Assembly: GCA_019116265.1 (NCBI GenBank)
Contig: DXBZ01000035.1
Location: forward strand, 1-57,104
Reading direction: 5' to 3'
Source of the DNA: Candidatus Olsenella stercoravium
Lineage (GTDB): Bacteria; Actinomycetota; Coriobacteriia; Coriobacteriales; Atopobiaceae
Length of the DNA: 57,104 nucleotides
Every line of letters begins with the position of its first letter. The stretch's first letter is position 1. The notes under the pieces are model-generated. The model was not told the DNA's origin. It worked only from the letters and a program-made list of their open reading frames with translations, and did no database searches. The position numbers and the translations under genes were made by a program. Below are positions 31,201 through 40,943 of this stretch, in pieces.

Positions 31201-33928
31201 GCTCGTCACGCCCGAGAACGGCCACGTCACCCTCTCGCTGGCGGACGGCCAGTCCGCGCGGGTCTCAGGGATCCCGGCGGGGACGTCCTTCTCGGTGAGC
31301 GAGCACCCCGTGCCCGGCTTCACGCCCACGGTAACGGTCGAGCCGGCGGACGGCGGGCCCTCCTCCGGCGACGACGTGGCGACGGGCACGCTCGCGACCG
31401 GAACCACCACGGCGCGCTTCACCAACACGAAGCAGGTGGGCGAGCTCGTCGTCAGCAAGGCCGTGGCGGGAAACGCGGCGGACCAGGCGCGGGCCTTCCC
31501 CTTTGACGTGACGCTCGAGCGTGCGGGAGGACTCCCTGAGAGCCTGCCCTACGAACTCAGGGACGCAGGCGGGGCGACCCTGGCGCGCGGCACGGCGACA
31601 GTCGGCGAGGACGGCTCCGTCGCGCTCGAGGAGGGGCGCGAGGTGGCGCTCGTCGGCGGGCAGGAGCTCGTGCTGCTCGACGTTCCGCTGGCCACCTCCT
31701 ATGAGGTGAGGGAGACGGATGCGGGAGACTACGAAGTCACGACGACCGACGCCGCAGGGGCGATTGACGTCGACGGGCGGACCGCCCGGGCGGCGTTCAC
31801 CAACACGCGCATGGCCTACGGGAGCCTCTCCGTGGAGAAGCACGTGATTGGTGGCGACCCCCAGCGCACGTTCGAGTTCACGGTGACGCTCGCCGACGGC
31901 GAGGGTGGCAGCCCCCTCTCGGGTGAGGTCACCTACGACGTCGACGAGGCCGAGGGGAAGGCAATCCTCAACGCGGACGGCTCGTTCACAGCCTCTCTCG
32001 CCAACGGGCAGAAGCTCACCCTCGACGGGCTACCCCAAGGGACCGCCTTCGAGGTGCGCGAGGAGGACTATACGGACGAGGGATACCTCACGGTCGCCTC
32101 GGGCGAGCGGGGCGTGATCGGCGACGAGCCGGCAAGCGTCTCCTTCACCAACGTGAGCACGTCCGGTGCCCTCGGCATCGCCAAGGTGGTCGCCGGCAAC
32201 GCGGCGGACCCTGAGGCGACGTTCGACTTCACCGTGCAGGTGGACGAACTCCCGGAAGCTGGGTCGTACGCCATGACGCGCTACCGCAGCGACGGCAAGG
32301 AAGTGGAGAGCGGGACCATCGACTTTGACGCAAGCGGAACGGCGACCGTCACCGGCCTGCGCAGCGGCGAGGGGGTCCTCATCAAGGGCCTGCCCGAAGA
32401 GCGTGACTACACTGTCACCGAGCAGGGGGCCCAGGACTACGTGACCTACGCGGGCAGCGCCGAGAACATCGCCCAGGGCGTCAAGTCCACGTCCTGCTCG
32501 GGCACCATAGCCGGCAACGACGCCGTGAGCGCTGCCTACTTCCTCAACGTCCGTGACCTCCACGGCTCGCTCGAGGTCGTGAGCCGGGTCAGCGGTACCG
32601 CAGCCGAGGACGAGGCCGCGGCCGGCAGGTCCTTCTCGTATGCCGTCGAGGCGGCGACGCAGAATGGCTCGCCCGTGACGGGAGAGCTCGCCTACAAGCT
32701 CGACGACGGCACGACGGGGTCGGCCACGTTCGTGAACGGGCGTGCCGTCATTGACGTGCCCGCTGGCGGGAGCCTGACCTTCGGGAGCTTCCCGGCGGGG
32801 CACGTCTGCGTGACGCAGGTCGACGCCTCTGCGCAGGGCTACGTCACCACGCCGTCGCTCTCCCAGGACGGTGCGGTCGGCGAGAGCACGCTCACAACGC
32901 TAACCTTCACCAACAAGAAGGACTATGTGGCGGCCGCGTGGACGCCCGACGCCAGCTCGACACTCGTTGGTCGCGCACAGGCAACCGGCGAGTTCACGTA
33001 CCAGCTCGTCCGGAACGGGGAGGACACGGCCGTGGCAACCGCCGCGAGCGTGGCGTCCCTCGACGGCGTGGCGTCGGCGCTCCCCTTCCCCGAGCTGGAG
33101 CTCGACCGGCCGGGGACGCACGAGTTCCTGCTGAGCCAGGTACTGCCGGCGAACCCGGAGACGGGCGTGAGCTACGACCGCCGCAGCTTCGTGCTCGAGG
33201 TCGACGTCACCGCTGACGCACTCGGGAGGCTCTCCGCGGGCGAGACGCGGGTTGCGCTGCTCGGCGACGACGGGACGGCCGAGCCCGTCCCCGCGGCGGC
33301 GTTCGTCAACCACTACGAGACCCGACGGGCGGTCGTCCCTCTCACGGCACGCAAGACGCTCGTCGGCGGGACGCTCGCCGAGGGGCAATTCTCGTTCCGC
33401 GCGCAGGAGGTCGACGGTAATGGAGAACCCGTTGGGAACGCGCTTGTGGCGCGCAACCAGGCCAACGGGACCGTGAGCTTTGGGGAAATCGTGCTTGACG
33501 TGCCCTCCGGCGGCAGCCTGACGCGCACCTTCCTCGTGACCGAGGACGTTCCCGAGCAGGGCGCGGACGGCGTCGAGTACGACGAGCGCACCTACCGCCT
33601 CACCGTGACGGCGCGCGATGACGGGGCGGGCGACGGGGTGGAGGCCTCGATCGTCACCGATGTCCTCGGCGAGGACGGCTGGGCGCCCTGTGACGAGGCT
33701 CTCTTCGAGAACCGCGTGAGCGGCGGCGATACGACCGACCCCGACAAGCCTGCCGAGCCCTCGGACCCCGGTAGCCCGGAGGACGACTCCTCGCAGCAGG
33801 GCCAGAGAAGCCCCCAGGCGACCCCGGACACCTCAGACGCGTCCGTGGGCCCTGACGTCCTTATCGCCCTCGCGCTTCTCGGCGTCGCCGTGGCCGTCAT
33901 CGCTTACGTCCTGCGCCGGAGGTCGTGA
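28253..33928 (+). CDS. Large cell-wall-anchored adhesin / pilus-tip-like protein (1891 aa)
   Basis: Signal peptide; degenerate vWA-like region; repeated LxVxK...FxFxV...YxVxE...FTN Ig-like modules; Spy0128/FctA-like modules; TPDTSD + TM + RRRS tail. Confidence 0.8.
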   Translation: MPSAHRTSRPTALALALLILVTSLIALAPAPAHATDILKLTDPGTSQGWVDLFGDGSGALSYSTGQSGRIWVDKSVYGSSEDARAAGLPVSLEDEEHGFIVGLSALSSAASFRHEGGPAHDVVLVVPLNRLLVDRTYDGRAQAAHLADALNAAISRLMAENDDGPTPTRVSVIGYSSDVTTLMPLASYEPDDQGRYISFVPATSSSPAALEVVAHALDPGVETRDGSFGAGLYLQRAAYVAGESLAAAADDEGVTGRAPVMVLMSLEAPSMASVHVDEPPAYTGDAAGFLGPLPSSRETGYGTDAPFATMLTVRLEAQRVSSAWEAAGAGGDLELYTTGLDTTDMAAYLIETASGQKSVTLEDTVAGQQVDLAENLREAARAYGEAAAAGRESVSLDLVGSSGSGLVSETVELPVVNGLVSADDGYALSSVDEYLSARSARALSWALDTVVDRMLDVEYDAPASGGEGSELPGGSRVSVRDRMGAGMLVGRVDGIAYGDELLNGSLAAQAVQISLSDPFDVEATHEFAYLVSAVNARYHLGGDAYGLFYDALSDRQIYYDGETSFSNRASWYVDGNHDMVAGDGLPYRFARTDEVDAIANGTWEQADAGVRSRVKAARSAGATAVCETYFYIGNLENQYTGGDAALYDFVVMVETDLATGRQTLLLSAPVEAVPARRASVTVHEDGTATMALEDGGDAQPVRLVYEVRPTAPVEALLERIEAGGTVSDEELAQAAGTDVAQTASGGRLLYASDFDGSGASAEAGASGSAWVAPGNSYYSFAHDAPLFSLRAGQTPPASGLPAADQLEPLMTDPVAGATYYYAKVIYDATLTAPGVEEPATQRTVYLPYVAPSELAGRLAQGANGQWLALAGTPKYLVPVELGSREKDANVTGSAPYAERLGIEQTRDDGIHLRARLGNNGLLVLPPQTGSAELVVEKDLDGGRHELTDSERAQTFAFDVSLSRAGGAPLDAPVLLTGPSGEAELVTPENGHVTLSLADGQSARVSGIPAGTSFSVSEHPVPGFTPTVTVEPADGGPSSGDDVATGTLATGTTTARFTNTKQVGELVVSKAVAGNAADQARAFPFDVTLERAGGLPESLPYELRDAGGATLARGTATVGEDGSVALEEGREVALVGGQELVLLDVPLATSYEVRETDAGDYEVTTTDAAGAIDVDGRTARAAFTNTRMAYGSLSVEKHVIGGDPQRTFEFTVTLADGEGGSPLSGEVTYDVDEAEGKAILNADGSFTASLANGQKLTLDGLPQGTAFEVREEDYTDEGYLTVASGERGVIGDEPASVSFTNVSTSGALGIAKVVAGNAADPEATFDFTVQVDELPEAGSYAMTRYRSDGKEVESGTIDFDASGTATVTGLRSGEGVLIKGLPEERDYTVTEQGAQDYVTYAGSAENIAQGVKSTSCSGTIAGNDAVSAAYFLNVRDLHGSLEVVSRVSGTAAEDEAAAGRSFSYAVEAATQNGSPVTGELAYKLDDGTTGSATFVNGRAVIDVPAGGSLTFGSFPAGHVCVTQVDASAQGYVTTPSLSQDGAVGESTLTTLTFTNKKDYVAAAWTPDASSTLVGRAQATGEFTYQLVRNGEDTAVATAASVASLDGVASALPFPELELDRPGTHEFLLSQVLPANPETGVSYDRRSFVLEVDVTADALGRLSAGETRVALLGDDGTAEPVPAAAFVNHYETRRAVVPLTARKTLVGGTLAEGQFSFRAQEVDGNGEPVGNALVARNQANGTVSFGEIVLDVPSGGSLTRTFLVTEDVPEQGADGVEYDERTYRLTVTARDDGAGDGVEASIVTDVLGEDGWAPCDEALFENRVSGGDTTDPDKPAEPSDPGSPEDDSSQQGQRSPQATPDTSDASVGPDVLIALALLGVAVAVIAYVLRRRS

Positions 33929-34071
33929 GGGGAGGCCGCCCGACCTGGACGCGCCGGGTTGGGCGGCGGTACCGTTTGTCTCGCCTTTCTTTACCGATGG
34001 TTGCGCGCGGCTCGGTGGCGGGGATAATCCCTCACGACGTCCGTTCGGCTTTGCGAACCATTGGGGGCAGC

Positions 34072-34378
34072 GTGGACCAGGAGCTCATCGCCCGCTCCAT
34101 GCGCGAGCTCGCGCGCGAGTTCGACTCGTGCCGCGACATGCTCGTGGCGCTGGGCAACGAGAACCGCCAGCTCATCTTCATGGCGCTGCTCGAGAGCCAC
34201 GGCGGCGCCCGCCCTGAACCAGCAGCGCTTCCGCTTCGAGCTGCTCGAGGACGGCCGCACGGTGCGTGCCCGCGCGCCGCCGGCGGTCTCGTGCGGCAAG
34301 GTCGACCTCGGCATCGCCAGGCTCCACTTCGAGCTGGGGGCAAACGCTGTCTCGCGCGACTGGGCGTTCGAGGGGTAG
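34072..34378 (+). pseudogene. Chimeric remnant: ArsR N-terminus joined out of frame to a nitroreductase-like C-terminus
   Basis: Frame 1 gives ALGNENRQLIFMALL; after about 34210 another frame gives ALNQQRFRF...KVDLGIARLHFELGA. Confidence 0.7.
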
Positions 34379-34474
34379 CGGCGCGCCGCGCACGGACCCT
34401 CCGGGGCGCGGGCCGGCAGACGCCCATCGGTGCCACTTTGCGACACGTCGGGTCCCTGACGGGCAGCGCGACAC

Positions 34475-34500
34475 CTTCTCGCCCTTCTCGCCCTTCTCGC
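34475..34500. repeat. Tandem copies of CTTCTCGCC (two full, one partial)
   Basis: CTTCTCGCC CTTCTCGCC CTTCTCGC read directly. Confidence 0.9.
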
Positions 34501-34506
34501 TGGAAA

Positions 34507-34579
34507 TAACGCACACAGTTTGACTTTTGCCTTTTTGCCAACTGCATATATATGAAACGAAAACAAACTGTGTGCGTTA
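34507..34579. repeat. AT-rich intergenic element with a perfect 16-bp inverted repeat
   Basis: TAACGCACACAGTTTG 34507-22 / CAAACTGTGTGCGTTA 34564-79. Confidence 0.85.
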
Positions 34580-34648
34580 ATTTTGAGGCGCCGCCGAAGT
34601 TGCCCACCCGAGCCAACGCCTGGCGAGAAGAACGCGGCCGCCCTTGGG

Positions 34649-35563
34649 CTAGAAGCTCGCCTCGATCTCGTGGATGCGCCCGTAGAGCCAGCGGTTGGTG
34701 GGAACGAGGACGCCGTGCCTCTCGGCCAGCCGGATGATGGTGCCGGCGAACTCCTCCACCTCGGTCGGCTTGCGGTTGATGCGGTCCTGCGCCATGGACG
34801 GCAGGCCGTCCGGCTCGAGGCCCGCCACGAGGTCCGCCATCTGCGCGAGGTCTGCCTCCGTGACGTCGACGCCCTCGGCGCGCGCCACGGCCAGGGCCTC
34901 GCGCATGGCGGCCACGAAGCAGCGGTTCTGCTCGCTTCCCGGCTCGCTCGCGGTTCCGTACGAGCCGCCGAAGGCCATGCAGGTCTGGTTGATCCCGACG
35001 TTGAGCATGAGCTTCACCCACATGCGGCGGCGGATGTCCGCCTCGACCACATACGGAATGCCGGCGCGCCCGTAGAGGTCAGCGACATCGTCCACCACGC
35101 CCGGGCCTGTCCCCGGGGCGGCGCCGAAGCGAATCTCGCCGGGATGCGCGTAGGTCATCTCGCCGCCGATGAAGACGGCGTCCATGCCCTGCGCGACCGA
35201 GAGCACGGTGCGCTCCCAGCCAAAGCGCTCGGCCACGCGCTCCTCGCTCGTGATGCCGTTGAGCAGCGAGGCGATCGCCGTGCGCGGGCCCACGAGCCTC
35301 TCCACGGTGTCGAGCGCCCGGTCGAGCCCCGTAGCCTTGGTGGCGAGGATGACCAGGTCAACGGGGGCGGCATCGCTCGCGGACACGGTGCGCACGCGGA
35401 GGGGCTCCCCGTTCACCAGCGGGGTCTCCCCCGCGTGCCGCGCAAAGCGCTCGTCGTCCATCACGAACTCGACGGCGTCCGACCCGAGGTTCCTCTCGGC
35501 GATGGAGCCGTAGAGCATCCCCACCGCACCGCGACCGACGATCGCCACGCTCTCGATTGCCAT
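34649..35563 (-). CDS. panE: Ketopantoate reductase family protein
   Basis: IVGRGAVG, LATKA, LLNGI, WVKLMLNVGIN, SMAQD, TEVE. Confidence 0.88.
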   Translation of the reverse strand: MAIESVAIVGRGAVGMLYGSIAERNLGSDAVEFVMDDERFARHAGETPLVNGEPLRVRTVSASDAAPVDLVILATKATGLDRALDTVERLVGPRTAIASLLNGITSEERVAERFGWERTVLSVAQGMDAVFIGGEMTYAHPGEIRFGAAPGTGPGVVDDVADLYGRAGIPYVVEADIRRRMWVKLMLNVGINQTCMAFGGSYGTASEPGSEQNRCFVAAMREALAVARAEGVDVTEADLAQMADLVAGLEPDGLPSMAQDRINRKPTEVEEFAGTIIRLAERHGVLVPTNRWLYGRIHEIEASF

Positions 35564-35630
35564 GTGCGCCTCCCTGCCGCCGCGGGCGTTCTTCTCGCCG
35601 AGATTGTAGCGCGAGGGGGACGCTCGGACG

Positions 35631-35954
35631 CTAGTGGGACTCCCCCACGAGCTTGAGGCCCACCACACAGCCGACGAGCCCCACGAGCAGTGCGACCTTT
35701 GCCCACGAGAAGGGCTCCGCCCCGGTGGCGATGCCGTAGCCCACCGTCACCGCCGCGCCGATCCCGACCCACACGGCGTACGCGGTCCCGATGGGGATGG
35801 TGCGCACGGCGTGGCTGAGCCCGAGCATGCTCGCCACGAGCGCGGCGATGAAGACGATCGTGGGCAGGGGCCTCGTGAAGCCCTCCGCGCGATCGAGCGC
35901 CAGCGCCCACACAGCCTCGAGCATCCCGGAACACACGAGCACGACCCAGTTCAT
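35631..35954 (-). CDS. sugE: SMR family guanidinium exporter Gdx/SugE
   Basis: 107 aa, 4 TM, LEAVWA, PIGTAYAVWVGIGA, GLKL; preceded by a guanidine riboswitch. Confidence 0.92.
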   Translation of the reverse strand: MNWVVLVCSGMLEAVWALALDRAEGFTRPLPTIVFIAALVASMLGLSHAVRTIPIGTAYAVWVGIGAAVTVGYGIATGAEPFSWAKVALLVGLVGCVVGLKLVGESH

Positions 35955-35974
35955 GAAAGCCTCCCTCGGTAGAT

Positions 35975-36014
35975 GCGCCGTCTTTGCGATCCTGGTACGG
36001 CTGCCCTCGTCAGG
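35975..36014 (-). promoter_or_regulatory. Guanidine-III (ykkC-III) riboswitch
   Basis: Minus strand CCTGACGAGGGCAGCCGTACCAGGATCGCAAAGACGGCGC fits the ykkC-III pattern (GACGAGG...GCCGUAC...AAGACGGCGC) just before the SD of sugE; TACACT -10 at 36034-39. Confidence 0.9.
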
Positions 36015-36137
36015 GGCCCGGTGGCCACGGGGCAGTGTAGCACGCCACGCGCGGCGAGATGACGGCAGGGGACGCGGGCTGTCCAACACCCCCTCCCCGC
36101 CTCAACCTGCCTCAAAACATTCGACATTTCTCAGTCC

Positions 36138-36218
36138 GTCTTTCATAATCGATGAAGTGAATCTGTTTTGTCGATTATACAAGACTGATTTGATATAGTT
36201 TTATCGACTATAGAAGAC
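36138..36218. promoter_or_regulatory. Three 15-bp operator-like boxes with 33-bp spacing
   Basis: GTCTTTCATAATCGA 36138 (inverted), TCGATTATACAAGAC 36171, TCGACTATAGAAGAC 36204. Confidence 0.7.
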
Positions 36219-36240
36219 AAGATGGGTGAGGCGAGGTGCC

Positions 36241-37512
36241 ATGAATCGAGAAGCGCTCAAGCGCATCATCTTCGACCAGCATGAGGTCATCCGCAACGCG
36301 CAAGTCGTTCCTCGCCGCTACTCGCTCGACCCCCAGGCAAACTACGTCATCACGGGCCTGCGACGCGCGGGAAAGTCGACCCTGCTCTACGGAGTAGCGC
36401 AGGGTCTTGTGGAGAGCGGCGTCGCGTGGGAGCGCATCATCTACGTCAACTTTGAGGACGAGCGACTCGTAGGCTTCACCTCCGATGACTTTCAGGACAT
36501 CCTGCTCGCTCAGAGCGAACTCAGCGACGAGCGAGGCTACTACTTCTTTGACGAGATCCAGATCGTCGCCAACTGGGAGAAGTTTGCCCGCCGCCTCGCA
36601 GATGCGGGCGAGCGCGTGTATATCACAGGCAGCAGCGCCACGATGCTTGGCCGACAGGTCTCCTCGACGCTGGGGGGCAGGTACTTCACGCTGCATGTGA
36701 CGCCCTACCGCTTCGACGAGTATCTCGATGCTCGTGGGCAGGCTCACGAGGGGGGCGCGCTCTACGCAACGCGGGACGTCGGGCGCATCTCGCGTCACTT
36801 CGACGTCTTCTACCAGCAGGGCGGATTTCCCGAGTCGCTGCACTACGCCTCCGCGCGCGAGTACGTCGAGAACGTCTACCAGAAGGTGCTCCTCGGCGAC
36901 ATCGCGGCCCGCTACAACGTGCGCAACGTCGACGCGCTGCGCGTGCTCATGAAGAAGGTCGCCGAGACCGTCCGCACGGACGTATCGTTCTCCACGCTCC
37001 ACAACGCCCTGAAGGGCATCGGGTACGGCATCTCCAAAGACACTGTCATCTCATATGTTGGCTACGCGAGAGAGGCGTACCTCCTCTTCGGCATCACCAA
37101 CGCAACCGCGAAGTTCGTTGAGCGAGAAGGGTCACCCAAGTACTACTTCTCGGACAACGGTCTTCTGAACCTGTTCCTCTTCGACCGGGAGACGGCCCTG
37201 CTTGAAAACGAGATAGCGGTTGCGCTCTACGACCGATTTGGCGAGGGGCTTCACTACGCAAAGTCCTCGCGGACGGGCGTTGACGTTGACTTCTACGTCC
37301 CCGAGGCCGGGCTTGCCGTCCAGGTTGCCTACTCGATCGCCGGCGAGGCGCGCGAGCGCGAGGTGGGCAACCTCATCCGGTTGGCGCGCGCAGACGATGC
37401 GATCAAGCGGCTTGTCATCGTGACCAAGGAGGAAGAGGAGGTCCTTGAGCAAGACGGGGTGCGCGTGGAAGTGGTGCCTGCCTGGAGGTTCCTGCTGGGC
37501 GAGCACGCGTAG
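36241..37512 (+). CDS. AAA_14 ATPase with a C-terminal DUF4143 (PD-(D/E)xK-like) domain
   Basis: GLRRAGKS, FFDEIQ, ITGSSA, GGFPE, KYYFSDNGL, VDF...VQV. Confidence 0.9.
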   Translation: MNREALKRIIFDQHEVIRNAQVVPRRYSLDPQANYVITGLRRAGKSTLLYGVAQGLVESGVAWERIIYVNFEDERLVGFTSDDFQDILLAQSELSDERGYYFFDEIQIVANWEKFARRLADAGERVYITGSSATMLGRQVSSTLGGRYFTLHVTPYRFDEYLDARGQAHEGGALYATRDVGRISRHFDVFYQQGGFPESLHYASAREYVENVYQKVLLGDIAARYNVRNVDALRVLMKKVAETVRTDVSFSTLHNALKGIGYGISKDTVISYVGYAREAYLLFGITNATAKFVEREGSPKYYFSDNGLLNLFLFDRETALLENEIAVALYDRFGEGLHYAKSSRTGVDVDFYVPEAGLAVQVAYSIAGEAREREVGNLIRLARADDAIKRLVIVTKEEEEVLEQDGVRVEVVPAWRFLLGEHA

Positions 37513-37616
37513 GCGCGCATCTGTGGATTCGCTCGGGAGTCGGACGCCGACCGCATCTTGGGGAGATTCCCCTCAGGAATACTGGATGTGGTATCCCCGA
37601 TCCGGAAAGGACCGTC

Positions 37617-38576
37617 GTGCTCCTCAGCCTCATCATCATCGTCGTCGGGTTTGTCCTGCTCATCTTTGGCGCCAACTTCCTCGTGGACGGCGCCTGCAGC
37701 ATCGCCGCGCGCCTCGGCGTCCCCGAGCGCGTCGCCGGCCTCACCATCGTCGCCATCGGCACGTCGCTGCCGGAGCTCGTGGTCAGCGTCACCTCCGCCG
37801 TGGGCGGGCACGCCGACATGGCCTTTGGCAACGTCGTGGGCAGCTGTCTGGCAAACCTGCTGCTCATCCTGGGTCTCTCCGCCGTCATCGCCCCCGTAGC
37901 GCTCTCGCGCGGGACCGTCCGCTTCGAGATCCCGGTGAGCGTGGCGGCATGTGGCCTGCTCGCGCTCGTCGCCAACACGGACGGCGAGGTCACGCTGCTC
38001 GAGGGCGTCGTCCTTCTCGCCGCGTTTCTCGGCTTCGTCGCCAGGACCGTCGTGGTCGGGCTCAACGAGGGCGCTTCCGAGAAGGACGAAGCGCTGGATG
38101 ACCCCGACACCGGCATCGTGTCCTCCAACACCTTCCGCGACCTGCTTCTCATTGCGGGAGGCATCGCGATGCTCAAGTTTGGCGCCGACTTCGTGGTGGA
38201 CAACTCGGTGGAGATCGCGGGTGCTCTCGGCATCTCCGAGCGCATCATCGGCATCACCGTGGTGGCGCTCGGCACCTGCCTGCCGGAGCTCGTCACGAGC
38301 GTGGTGGCGGCCTTCCGCGGAAACTCCGACATCGCCGTCGGCAACGTCGTGGGGTCCAACATCTCAAACCTTCTGCTCGTCATCGGCGGGCCGGCGCTTT
38401 TTGCCAACATACCCTATGACGCGGCCTACAACGTCGACCTCGCGCTGCTCGCGCTCTTCTCGGCCGTGCTCGTGGGCTTTGCCTACGTGGGGCGCCGCCA
38501 CGAGATGAGCCGCGTGAACGGCGTGATCTTCGTGGTGCTCTACGCCGCCTACATCGCCACATCGGTGGTGCGCTAG
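37617..38576 (+). CDS. Calcium/sodium antiporter (YrbG-like)
   Basis: Two alpha repeats GTSLPE/GTCLPE and GNVVGS; about 10 TM. Confidence 0.92.
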   Translation: MLLSLIIIVVGFVLLIFGANFLVDGACSIAARLGVPERVAGLTIVAIGTSLPELVVSVTSAVGGHADMAFGNVVGSCLANLLLILGLSAVIAPVALSRGTVRFEIPVSVAACGLLALVANTDGEVTLLEGVVLLAAFLGFVARTVVVGLNEGASEKDEALDDPDTGIVSSNTFRDLLLIAGGIAMLKFGADFVVDNSVEIAGALGISERIIGITVVALGTCLPELVTSVVAAFRGNSDIAVGNVVGSNISNLLLVIGGPALFANIPYDAAYNVDLALLALFSAVLVGFAYVGRRHEMSRVNGVIFVVLYAAYIATSVVR

Positions 38577-38599
38577 GACCGACGCCTCGCCCTGTCCCA

Positions 38600-38742
38600 A
38601 GGTTGTGCGCAACCGTCGAGGTTGTGCGCACGCACGCAGGTTATGACCATAGTTGCAACTTACATATCTGCTGCTCAATGACTTGACGAGAAAAACGTCC
38701 ATCTTCACGGGTGCGCATAACCTCCGCTTATGCGCGCAACCT
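38600..38742. repeat. Intergenic element with doubled inverted arms
   Basis: AGGTTGTGCGCA x2 (38600, 38619) and inverted near-copies TGCGCATAACCT 38712, TGCGCGCAACCT 38731. Confidence 0.8.
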
Positions 38743-38782
38743 AAACGAAAGGACGGCGGGTCAGCGGGCGGCTGCCGCAGCC

Positions 38783-39418
38783 TCACGCCGTGAGGAAGAT
38801 CGTGGCGCCGAGGGCGATGTAGACGAGACCCGAGACCACGGAGGTCACGCGCCCCGCACGTGGGCTGCGCGTGAGCAGGCGCGAGAAGGGCGACGCAACG
38901 GCCACGATCACCACGGTCCAGAGCGTGGAGAGCGCCACGTAGGTGAGGCCGAGCGCCAGGAACGGCACGGGGCCGAAGGGGTTGGGCGTGGCCACAAACT
39001 GCGGCAGCAGCGCCAGGAAGAACAGGATGATCTTGGGGTTGAGCACGTTGGTCAGCACGCCCTGGGCAAACACGCGCAGGTTCGAGTCGGCCGATGTCCC
39101 CTCGTCCTTCTCGCCCACCGAGAAGGACGAGCCGCCGGAGAGGACGCTCCGCACACCCATCACCGCAAGATACGCCGCGCCCGCCACCCTGATCGCGCCG
39201 AAGGCGACCGGCGAGGCGGCGAGCACGAGCGACAGCCCCGCCGCAACGAGGATCGTGTGCACCACCAAGCCGGCGTTGATGCCGAGTGCGCTGGCCAGGC
39301 CCTCGCGGCGGCCGCCGGAGACGGTGCGCGTGAGGATGTAGACGGTGTCGATGCCCGGCGTGAGGCACAGCGCCGCCGCAGACGCGACGAAGCCGCCGTA
39401 GCCGACGATGCCCAGCAC
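38783..39418 (-). CDS. LysE family translocator
   Basis: LTPGID, GAAYL, QGVLTNVLNPKIILFF. Confidence 0.9.
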   Translation of the reverse strand: MLGIVGYGGFVASAAALCLTPGIDTVYILTRTVSGGRREGLASALGINAGLVVHTILVAAGLSLVLAASPVAFGAIRVAGAAYLAVMGVRSVLSGGSSFSVGEKDEGTSADSNLRVFAQGVLTNVLNPKIILFFLALLPQFVATPNPFGPVPFLALGLTYVALSTLWTVVIVAVASPFSRLLTRSPRAGRVTSVVSGLVYIALGATIFLTA

Positions 39419-39436
39419 GGCGCCCTGCCCCGACGC

Positions 39437-40188
<752 letters not shown>

Positions 40189-40189
<1 letters not shown>

Positions 40190-40863
40190 TACTTGCGCAT
40201 CCTTTTCTCGAGCTGGGACGAGACGATCATGAGCACGCTGGTGATCACGAGGAAGATGACTGCCACCCAGGTGTAGGTGGCGAACGAGTCCATCGTGCGA
40301 CCGACGTAGACCTTTGCCTGGTTCATGATCTCAGGCAGGCCGAGCGCGTACATGATCGTGGAGTCCTTGAGCGTGATGATGCACTGGTTCACGAGGCTCG
40401 GCAGGCAGATGCGGACGGCCTGGGGAAGGACGATCTTGAGCATGGTCTTGCCGTGGCTCACGCCCAGGGAGCGAGACGCCTCGGTCTGGCCCTTGGGCAC
40501 GGACTGGATGGCGCCGCGGAAGATCTCTGCAGAGTAGGCGCCGGCGTTGAGAATCAGCGTGAGGATGCTCGCCGTGATGATGTCCAGGCGAAAGTCCGGA
40601 GCGATGGTGGCCTGCATGAGCTGCGGCACGGCAAAGTAGAGGTAGAAGCCCTGGACGAGCATCGGCGTGCCGCGGATGATCCAGATGTAGAACTTGGCGA
40701 TGCCGCGCAGCACGCGGAACTTGGAGAGGTTCATGAGGCAGGTGACGATGCCGAGCGGCATGGCCACGACGAGCGAGACCACGGTCACGTAGACCGTCAT
40801 CTGCAGGCCCTGCCACAGCAGCGGCCACGCCGCCACGAGAGTGTCAATCAGAGATGCGTCCAT
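40189..40863 (-). CDS. Polar amino acid ABC transporter permease
   Basis: [34 protein letters not shown]. Confidence 0.93.
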
Positions 40864-40884
40864 GGAGTCCCTTACTACCATCAG

Positions 40885-40916
40885 GGGGCTGCGCGGCGTC
40901 CATGCCGCGCAGCCCC
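40885..40916. terminator. Intercistronic 13-bp hairpin after the substrate-binding gene
   Basis: GGGGCTGCGCGGC / GCCGCGCAGCCCC perfect stem; typical stabiliser or partial terminator. Confidence 0.6.
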
Positions 40917-40943
40917 AGTCTTCCTAGCTCTTGCAACAGAGCT

